Origin: Setoptus koraiensis
Taxonomy: Eukaryota; Animalia; Arthropoda
Direction of reading: 5' to 3'
Length of the DNA stretch: 64,000 nucleotides
NCBI GenBank assembly: GCA_048013815.1
Contig: CM106585.1
Coordinates: 10,416,001 to 10,480,000 of the forward strand
Shown here: one piece after another, positions 1 through 9,444 of the stretch
Position numbering within the stretch: the first letter of the stretch is position 1
Layout of the letters: each line of letters starts with the position of its first letter
Made by a program: the position numbers and the translations under genes
The notes under the pieces: model-generated
What the model saw: the letters and a program-made list of their open reading frames with translations, nothing else
Told to the model about the DNA's origin: nothing
Database searches by the model: none

Positions 1-776
1 GTAATCATCAAAATAGTGGTGGAAACAATGCAAATAATAGTAGCACAAATAATAATAGCAGCAGCAACAATAATAATAATTGCTCAAGTGGTGGCGGTAA
101 TAACAACAATAGAGATAAAAGATTAAGAACACAAATATTGCCAGAGCAATTAGATTATCTATATCAGCGCTATCAACAAGAGTCAAATCCATCCCGAAAG
201 ACATTAGAGACCATAGCTCAGGATGTTGGCCTTAGCAAACGGGTAGTACAAGTGTGGTTTCAGAATACTAGGGCCCGCGAGCGTCGAGGTCAATTGCGAA
301 CCTCGCATGTTGTTGCACAGCAGCAAGCCGCCCAAGCCCAACATCAGGCACCAAGCGCCGGAAACAACAACACCAACAACAGCCAAAATAATAACAGCAA
401 AAACAACTTGTCAGCATCAATGGCCAACAGCGGCTTAGGCACTAATCAAAATAGCAACAACAGCTTGAGCGACGGCAACAACAACAATTTTGCCTCAACT
501 GATTTGAGCAGCGCCAATGCGGCCGCCGCTGCAGCAATGGCCGCCCTCATGAGCAACGGGGCCGGCGGTGTCGGATTTGCACCACTAGATTTGTCCAGTA
601 GCAAAGCACTAATGGCAGGTTTAAGTCAATTGAGCGCACTCACTGGTGGCCAGCTCAATTCCATTTATGCCAATGCAGGCCAAACTGGTGCACAGGTGAG
701 AGGCGCAGCCGTGGATAACTCTAGCAAGTATGATTTTGATGATGACGATGATGACGATCAATCGATGGACTATTGA
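1..776 (+). CDS. zfh2: 3' portion (5'-partial) of a zfh2/ZFHX3-4 family zinc-finger homeodomain transcription factor
   Basis: The frame is open from nt 3 (N/S/G-rich linker) to TGA at 774-776. It encodes [60 protein letters not shown], which closely matches the third homeodomain of ZFHX3/4 and fly Zfh2 (KRLRTTI.PEQL...SNP.RK.L...[14 protein letters not shown]). The ORF-track start at 138 is an internal TTG (Leu), not the true start. Confidence 0.9.
   Translation, partial: NHQNSGGNNANNSSTNNNSSSNNNNNCSSGGGNNNNRDKRLRTQILPEQLDYLYQRYQQESNPSRKTLETIAQDVGLSKRVVQVWFQNTRARERRGQLRTSHVVAQQQAAQAQHQAPSAGNNNTNNSQNNNSKNNLSASMANSGLGTNQNSNNSLSDGNNNNFASTDLSSANAAAAAAMAALMSNGAGGVGFAPLDLSSSKALMAGLSQLSALTGGQLNSIYANAGQTGAQVRGAAVDNSSKYDFDDDDDDDQSMDY
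114..293 (+). other. Homeobox (ZFHX HD3-type)
   Basis: 60 codons from GAT AAA AGA (DKR) through helix 3 [15 protein letters not shown]. Confidence 0.93.
582..596 (+). other. PLDLS CtBP co-repressor binding motif
   Basis: In-frame CCA CTA GAT TTG TCC = PLDLS, the canonical PxDLS motif. Confidence 0.75.
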
Positions 777-1652
777 TGCCCATACGCAATAGAAAATACA
801 TTGCACATACATTGCATATAGGGTCAGCGTGTGCCACAAAGCGAAATACAGATAGATAGATGGATTGATAGTTGGAAAGAACTAGAGTGAAAGAAATGAT
901 GATGACTTATTTCTTTATTTATTTTCCAGCCTAACCCTACCAATGAGAGCGAGAGGCAGCCTCAGCAGAATGAAAGTGCCCTCGTAAGAGCGATACACCT
1001 AGCTTAAATTATAAGTTTAGTCACAGTGAGTCTTAGATGAATGTGCTTTGCTGATTATGATGTTAATGATTATCACTATTATTATTACTATTATTATTAT
1101 TAGCATTATGATTTGAATAAATTATTATTATTATTATTACTAATTTATTAATTATTATTTAGCAAAAGAATCGTTTTTAGTTTTTCCTTCTTTTTCTGTT
1201 CAAGAAACCCTTTTTTCGCGAAAAAAACCTTGTCATTCTTTTAGTTAATGCTCTCTTAATATGTTTGGTTCGGCCATTTACATCTACATTTCATTCGCTT
1301 TAATAGCTTTTACCTTCTGTCGTAGACGTCTATCAGCCTGTAGTGTAGCGGGTCTGGCCCGAACACATCAATTGATCTTGGCAACAGCAACAACGAGCAA
1401 GTGGCTCTAATCTTATTAACACGATGATGGCCAGTTATAGAAATATTGTGATACTAAATTGGATTTTTTCTGCTCCTAAATGAAGAAAGAATTTACCTAA
1501 AGAAGTAGAGAGAATAATAATAAATGAAAAACGAGGAAAACGGACGGGCGTTATTAAAGCAATTTCAAATTACTACCCAGGCCAGATTGGTTTTTCTTTC
1601 TGGCCAGTGAACAACAGTTTACAAGTTTCATTCGACATAATGAACACTATAT

Positions 1653-1657
1653 CACAC

Positions 1658-1709
<52 letters not shown>
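1653..1709. repeat. (CA)n microsatellite
   Basis: About 28 CA units with one interruption. Confidence 0.95.
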
Positions 1710-1714
<5 letters not shown>

Positions 1715-1855
1715 ATTCACATATTGGACTTGATAGATTTGCATACTAAAATACACACTTCATATTTAGGCGCGATATCAAATAATAGTGCCAAGTAAGC
1801 TGGATTAAGTCCGGTCCGAGCTGATATTGTTTAGTTGGATCGGCGAGAAAACTAC

Positions 1856-2722
1856 AGTTCCTAAAAAGTTGTATTAATTAGAAGAGATTAATAATATATA
1901 GTCGCCATGTTATGATTGAGCAGCCGAACGACTTTAATACGACGATAGCAAATTGCTATCAAATATAGAAGATAACTATCCGAAGCGGGATAGAATAATC
2001 GCACTACGAAAGTTCCTAAAACTTTATACACTTACAAAATACTATTGCAAAAATGCACTTATAAAAGATTTAAAATATAAATAGAGAAAAGAAAGATAAT
2101 GTACATATATAGAGAAGATTTATCAGCTATCTGAAGAGAGAGTGACTGGCAAGCCGTGTCACAAGGACAAACGAATGCACCCACCGAAGAGCTTGACTAT
2201 TAAGGAAAACCGATGGCACTCACTCACACGTTTAGATGTTTAAACGTTTAGATAGAGCTAAGCATTCATGAAAGCATAAATAGGTAGCGTAAATTTTGTA
2301 CACGACGACGGCGACAAATAGTCGTATACTTGTCATTGGACGCAACATTTGTCACGCGGTTGCTCAGCGCAATTGATCAACGATTAAATTTTCATCAATG
2401 ATCTAATTGATGGTCGGCCATCGAGAAAGCGGGAGCGCCCAAGAACAAAGTTGGTATGACAAGTAAAAAATGAGTAACTCATAGTTCCTAATATAATCCC
2501 GGTTTACACTCTGGCTAACTGTAACGGTTTGGTTTAGGCGCGTATAGGCGCGCCCGTTGTAAGCAAGTTATCTAATAGTGACGACTGATAATGCTGGTGG
2601 CGTCTTGCGTTAGCTGACACCACCAAACAAATTTTGTGATTAGCGATAGAGAGTCACAACCGGGACAACACACACACCGGCCACAAGTTTTGCAAACTGA
2701 TGATCTCAACTTGTAGTTCCTA
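1856..2722 (+). promoter_or_regulatory. Four miR-276-3p 8mer target sites (AGTTCCTA)
   Basis: AGTTCCTA at 1856-1863, 2011-2018, 2483-2490 and 2715-2722 is the reverse complement of miR-276 nt 1-8 (UAGGAACU). I saw no other copy in the window. Confidence 0.75.
2700..2708 (+). promoter_or_regulatory. bantam 8mer target site (ATGATCTCA)
   Basis: Complementary to bantam nt 1-9 (UGAGAUCAU); lies 6 nt upstream of the fourth miR-276 site. Confidence 0.45.
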
Positions 2723-3377
2723 AAACTATTATTACTATTACTATATTATTATTATTATTATTATATATTAAGCCAGCAGACGGGAACGTTTTTTGAGCGT
2801 TGTGTTGTGAGGCGCTTATAGCACAACGCGATCGAGAGGCGTTCGTCCGTCAGTCACCTTACCTGTCTATAGAGCACGTATCGACACAAGCTGTATCAAA
2901 TTGTGTATGTATCAAATTGTATATGTATCATTGTATGTGTATCATTGTATATTGTAGCGCTGTATGCAGTGGTCACTGTATAACTGTCGCGCGCTGTATC
3001 ACTGTATATAAAAGGAAAAAAACGAAGCAAGAAGCATAGAATAAAGTTGCACCGATTAATTGTATATTGTATACTTATTACTAATCTTTTAGCTGTCAGT
3101 GGAGCCCGCTATCTGGCCGGCCTATTGACAATGATAATTATAATTAAGCAGCAGCATTGTATAAAACGTATCACTGTCTGTATGTCTCGAATGTGTGCGT
3201 TGTAAATAGAAGCTGACAATAAACGAACGAACGAATAATGACAACCGAAAATAATAACTCAGTGACAGTTGCATTTGTGCCTGTGTGTCGGATCAAAGCA
3301 GCTTGCCGGGCTTAATTGGCGCGCTGGCTCGATAATGGTTCGCTTCTCATGGCGCTACAAACAAACGCAAGCGGCCA

Positions 3378-3465
3378 TGAGCGGCCAGTCGGACGATGAG
3401 CGGCCAGTCGGACGGTGAGCGGCCAGTCGGACGGTGAGCGGCCAGTCGGACAATGAGCGGCAAGT
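3378..3465. repeat. 19-bp minisatellite TGAGCGGCCAGTCGGACG(A/G), 4 copies + partial
   Basis: Units start at 3378, 3397, 3416, 3435 and 3454. Confidence 0.9.
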
Positions 3466-6400
3466 GGGCGTTGTTAGGGCCGTTTGGTCGCTTGCGTTTG
3501 GCTCTGATTGGTTGATTGGTTGAGACAAGTGCATCATATAATTAATGTTCGGCAACAATTTTCCTGCGCCGCTCACCGTCGCCGATCTCGACCGTGTACA
3601 AAAGATGAACAACAACAACAACAACAACGATCTGATTTAATGGCGTGTCGATGCGACAGGCGACACAGACTGCGCGACATGCAGCGATATGCGAGCCGCC
3701 GACATGTTAAGGCCAGTCAATAATAATATCAATCGATCGCATGTCTAATGATTGTATCATTTGCGTGTCGTCATCGATCGCTGAGACCTGGCCGCATAAC
3801 AAGCTGCGCCAGCTCCGGTGACTGGAGCGCCACTTGCGCCGACACCAGACTGTGGCGGGGGGCACAATGGCAATTATTGACGTATGATATCATTTATTTA
3901 TTATGATTGTCGTCTAATGTCTATTATGCGGTCGGCGTCGCTTGCATTCCCATGGTCGCATGATTTCATGCTCGCCTAGTTTCTCATGCCAGTGTCATGT
4001 TTTGGTCGTTTGTGTCACCCAACAACGACAACGACAGCGACGACGACAACCGCAGCAGCAGCAACAGCAACAACAACATTGTTTATCTGCTGCTTTATTT
4101 GCTGTTGTGCTGTTGTGCTGCGATGGGCCGCGATTGATTTGAATAGCATGTGTTAACTGAACCCTAAAATAAAATGAGTTGCGTCTGCTCACAGCCGCAC
4201 GACAGTCTCACAAGACAGCGTGGCGGCCAACAAGACGCTGGCCGTTTCACTCAACGTTGAACAACAGCGGCCATCGATAGCAGTTGTTGTTGTTGTTGTT
4301 GTAATTGTTTGCCTCTGCTGACTTTATCGCCCTGGCAACGCCAACAATTAATTGCCGGCCGACGCCCCGATCAAGTCACTCACCGTGATCCAGTTCCAGT
4401 TACCTGTTGCCCGGCCGTGAGTATGGTCGCTGCTGCGAGTATCGCTCGCAGCGCCGCTGTCGCTGTCCGTTGACGGGCACGCACCCATCAGCGGACTCGG
4501 GCGCGTCGGGCCCAATCAGGCCGGGCCGCTATAATTAACGCTGTTGTTAATGCTGTTGTTAATGCTGCATTATTACTTATTATTGTTATTAGTGCAGTTA
4601 TCAGAGCTGTCGTTGGTGCTGTTGTTGGTGCTGTTGCCCGTGTCGGCCGCTGTGCGCCGCGCTGACACAGAGCGGAGGGCGAGTCGCCCGAGCGGGCCCA
4701 TTCAAATTCAAGTTGCTCTGCGCGACTGTTGGCGCGCCGTGTTTAGCAGCGCTGTGTCGCTCATTGAGCGCCGCCTCACAACTGACGAGTCACAACTTGA
4801 GACTCGCAAGCCGCGCGAGCCCCAGCTCGGCCGCGTCAAGCAGCGCCACGGCGAGCACAATGTGTAATTATTGTTTCTTCGTTTCGGCGTGCCGGTCAGC
4901 GTGCTGGTCAACGTGGTCGTTCAACACAGCAGCGTCTCGGGCGGCGCAATCGGGTCGCGTTGCCGGCCGACAGAACGCTGGCGGCTTTATGGGCGCGTTC
5001 GGCGGCCGTCTCAGCGCTTCGCGGCAACAACGGCCAGCGTCTTTGCGCAGTGACAGGCGCCTAGTTGAGCCCGGTCGTCGTCGTTGTTGTTGTTGTTGCT
5101 AGCGCTGGCGCTGGCGCGAGCGACAACAACAGCAACAGCGACAGCCCAAGACAGCCCAAGACAGCCTAAAACAGCCTGAGCAGCCTGAGCAGCCTGAGCA
5201 GCCTGAGACAGCCTGAGACAGCCTGAGACAGGTGAGCGGGCGAGCAAGGTGGCCCAATTGGCTATTTTAGCTTGATTGATTAAACAAACTAACAAGTGAG
5301 TGGTCAGCGAGTTTGTTGTAATTTTAATTTGCCCATTACTGCTTGAGTGCGGTAATGGCCTCTCATGCTTGCGACACCGCGACACTCGCGAGCTTGCGAG
5401 TCGGCGAGTCGGCGAGACTCGCGAGACTTGCGAAACTCGCGAAACTCGCGACCAGGCCCAGACGCAACAGCGCACTGACAGCGCACGCAGGCCAATACAA
5501 ACACTACAACCATTGTGGCACAATCATCGCAGCACAATGGCGACTTGTGAGTGCTGGCCGGCAAACGAGTCTTTAGCACAATTAACAATTAATCATTAAA
5601 TCAATTTTATTTTCTGTTTCTGCAAGCCGCGTCTTTTATTGTGATTGGCTCACCATTTGTTGCCTGTCTGTGGCTGTGAGCTAACTCACAAGTCAGCCAC
5701 TCGCTCGCAACTTGCCAACCGACAGCCTGTGTTGTTGTTGTTGTTGTTGTGTTGCAACAACAACAACGAGCGCCGCTAACTAACAATTCAATTTAATTGT
5801 TTGCCTGCGCAATCATGGTCGTCAAACAAACTTGTGTGTGTGACCAACTTGTTGTTCGTCTCGGCCCTCGATGGCCCTTCCAAGTGGCTGCTGGCTCACC
5901 TGTGAGCCTGGCTCTGGCCGGCAGTTTGTTTAAATGTGAGCCAGCGCTCAGCCGGCGATTTAAACGATGCAACGTTTATAATCGCATTGACGCATCACGA
6001 CCAGCGCACAACTTTGATTGGGCCTGTCGCGTTTGTTGTGCCAGCGCAACGCACACCGACACAACACACACACACTGACGCAACGCACACTGACGCAACG
6101 CGCCGGGCTCATGTGTCAGTGGAGCCGCGCCGACAACAGGTTGTTTTAGAGTAACAATGGCGGCCGAATTAACAACAGTGACAACTTTGACACTGCGTCA
6201 TGTTCAATTAATCATCCCCGCTAATCCCAATAATTCCAATAATTACCGGCGCTCGATGGCAGCGGCGCACAGCCGGCACAAGCGCGCACGATCGCTCACA
6301 ATGGTCGCTCCTTGAGCCAACAGGCTAAGCCGCCGAGCTCGCCGAGCTCGGCAAGCTCGGCAAGCTCGGCGAGCGCAATGAGCGCAATGAGCGCAACGAG

Positions 6401-8004
6401 CGGCCAGCCAGCGCTTGGCGCCACAACTGCCGGTCGTGGCGCTGCTGCAACAACCGACAACTGTGGCGACGCTCGTCGGCCGTCGGCGCAAGCGTCACGA
6501 CAGCGCCCATAATCCGACCGAATAAACCCATCATTCGACTGTCTGGCCAGCCGATGGCCATTAGTCAATCACCGGTCAGCTGACGGCGATTAGTTAATTA
6601 GTTGTAATTAGCGGCAAGTATTAGAGGCAAGTGCAACAGCCTATAATGACGGCCCGTGCGCTGTAATTATGTAGGCCAAGCGGCGAGCTAGCCAGCCTAT
6701 AACTAGTGTATAGCTAGTGTATAGCTAGTGTGTAAGTAGTGTGTAACTAGCGTGCAACTGCTACATGTGCGCTAATTGTTGTGTGCGGCGCGCAATTACA
6801 CAGCTGCTTGCGGTGACACAGTAACGGCGGCCCACAGTGACAGCGTCAGTGATCCGAGTGTGACAAGTGTGCGCACATGACAGCCAGCCAATCAGCGCTC
6901 GCTCGCGAGTCAGCTGCTTGTCACACAGTTACCGCCGGCCACTGTCACACAGCTCGAGCACCAGCTGACCGGTTATAGGTTGCTGCTCGCTAATTACTGT
7001 GCGCTCATTCGATAATAATTATTGTTGTTCGATTATTGTTGTTATCGGCGCCGAGCGGCCATCTCGCTCACCGCCGGCGAGAATGTGCGAGCTCATTAGA
7101 ATATTTGCGTCGCTGCCACTGTCGCGTCGCTGGGCCGGCGTCGGTGACGCAAGTGGCGGCACAGAGACGACATCTAATCGACCAATCGAACCTCGCTCCA
7201 GTTCCATGTGACACGCATGACACTGCTGCACAGCAGACACTGCACAGCAGGCACTGCACAGGATGTGACGCAATGGCAGCCGGCAGTGTCTTGGCATGGA
7301 CAAATGAATGTTTATATTTGATGTATGACAAACTTTGCATCAGCTGTTGTGCGTCAGCTCACAACTGTGTTATCGGCTGTGTTATCGGCTGTGTTATCGG
7401 CTGTGTTATCAGCTGTGTGTTTCGGTTGTGTTTTCGTTGTGTCAGGCGGCCGACTCACGGCTGATACAGACACACAGCATAACCGGTGTGTGCAACGTGG
7501 TCACCGGTGAGCTGGCCGGCTCACAACTGACAGCGCCGCTTCCCGTTGTCAGTGTCGGTGTGGCAGCAGTATCGGCGCAAATATGTGAGCGCCAATATGC
7601 GCAAGATGTGTCATGCGCTGGCCGGGCGACAGTCATGAGCCGCTTCCTAGTTTTCTCATCGACTCATTATGTTTGCCTCGTTTAGCCGGGCTCGGCCTGG
7701 CCCGTTGCCAGCCCGTCTGTCGGCCGCTCAGTTGGCCGCTCAGTTGGCCGCTCAGTTGGCCGCTCGGTCGGCCGCTCGGTTGGCAGTCATGCTACGAACA
7801 CAATTATATCAATCATAATTTGAGCACAACATGACCATTATCTCGCATGTGCGTGATACTGCGCAGCACAACGCAAACAAATCAAAAGTGATATACTCAC
7901 AATTGGCAACTATGCAGCCCCTGCGTAATGTAGAGCATCGCCGCCGCCACTGCCGCTGCAAATGAATGAATCGCTGTTGGCGTGTCGTCGTTGCCGGTGT
8001 CGCC

Positions 8005-8074
8005 GTTGTTGTTGTTGCTGTTGTTGTTGCTGTTGTTGTTGCTGTTGTTGCTGTTGTTGCTGTTGTTGCTGTTG
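8005..8074. repeat. (GTT/GCT)n trinucleotide microsatellite
   Basis: Read directly; it generates spurious polyQ/L/C ORFs. Confidence 0.9.
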
Positions 8075-9385
8075 GGAAGCGGCGGCCAGTTGCAAACAGC
8101 GACACACAAACGCCAACACAATCAGCGAGCGCCGGCATCACCTGGCGCCAGCGCTAATGAAGCGCGCTGATGCTGCTGTCGCCGGCGCCGAGCTAACAAT
8201 AATGATAATGATTGGCTGTGCATCCCCATGCTCACCTGTGCGTCTGCATACATCTTTGGCATGCATTTTATGCCACAGATTGTGCATAGTTGGCATGCAT
8301 CATAGTTGGCGCAATGGTGCCGCCGTTGTGATGCAGACACTGTGTGACAAGTCAGTTGTGAGTCGGCGGGCATCATAACGCGCCGAGCGCGATCAATGGC
8401 ATCATTAGTGACACTTGTTGGCGCTATTGCTGCACACACTGTGTGTGCACGGTGCGCGACAATGGCTCGCAAGGTCGCCTCTGTCGCTGTCTCTCGCTGT
8501 CTCTCGCTGTCTCTCTCTCTCTCTCTCTCTCTCGCTGTATCGCTGCCTCGCTGTCTCAATGTCGCAGGGGCTCTCCGTGGCTCGCTAATGGTTGTTCGAG
8601 ACTGACGGTTGTTCGAGACTGACGGTTGTTCGAGACTGACACTTGTTCGCCGGCGCTGCGACGCCCCTGCGACGCCGCCTCGAAGCCGGCGCTGTGTGCC
8701 GTATTGTGCGTCGTGATGGCGCACACAATTGCTCGCCATTGGCCGTGCTACTCGCTCGCCTAGCACTGCTGCCAGATAACAGTGAGTGACTGTCGCTGGA
8801 CGCAACCGGCCAGCGGCACGTACACACAAACAATGAGCCGGTGAGCAGCCCCCACTGGCGGCCAGTCCGCGAAAACATGTCCGTGGCCAGTGCTGGCTGG
8901 ATATCGGCAAACAAGCTCGCTTTTCGTCCGCGCCCGACAACAACCGGCAACCACCGGCAACCACCGACAACCACCGGCAACCACTGTTGTTGCGCAACAG
9001 CGTTGTCAGCCAACAACGACGACAGTGTCGCGAGTGGCCACCAACAATCGCAATGAATCATTATTTACAAGCAAAAATCAAATTGATTCCTGCGACCTGC
9101 ACACCGGCGCGCTAATTGTCGGCCGCATGATTAATTGATTGTTTTGCTCGCTGCACTCAATGCGGCTGGCCTGTGCTCAGCAACAGCCAGTCGCTGCAGC
9201 AGCCAGAGTCAATACAACTCCGAACACCATTCATGGCAGCGATTTCTCGCCAACAATAAATCGGTGTGTGCAGAAGAACACACCGATTATTGATATTTGC
9301 ATAATTCGTCATTAGTCATCGGTGTGCGTCTTGCAGGCGGCGCAACCTGTTTGCCGGCCCGTCATTGAGACTTCGAGACACACGT

Positions 9386-9444
9386 TGAGTCAAATGATTG
9401 AGTCATATGATTGAGTCATATGATTGAGTCAAATGATTTGACTC
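9386..9444. repeat. 13-bp tandem array, each unit carrying TGAGTCA, ending in an inverted copy
   Basis: TGAGTCA at 9386, 9399, 9412 and 9425; GAGTCAAAT-G-ATTTGACTC at 9426-9444. Confidence 0.9.

Larger units (their letters stand above)
777..3065 (+). other. Probable long 3' UTR of zfh2
   Basis: AT-rich tract after the stop codon, carrying miRNA seed sites. A TGTA-rich block (about 2890-3010) precedes AATAAA at 3040-3045; a second AATAAA is at 3218-3223. The 3' end is approximate. Confidence 0.6.

Noticed and set aside
8122-8997. 291-aa ORF, and other long desert ORFs (18054-18685, 21372-22049, 29286-29894, 54284-54967, 57258-58096)
   Set aside because: They overlap in several frames, are R/A/C/S-rich, contain microsatellite translations and show no domain. 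They are explained by GC-rich, stop-poor repetitive DNA.
9254-9292. 15-bp hairpin CAATAAATCGGTGTGT / ACACACCGATTATTG
   Set aside because: At 39 nt it is too short for a pre-miRNA, and it is within the background of fold-back events in this region.
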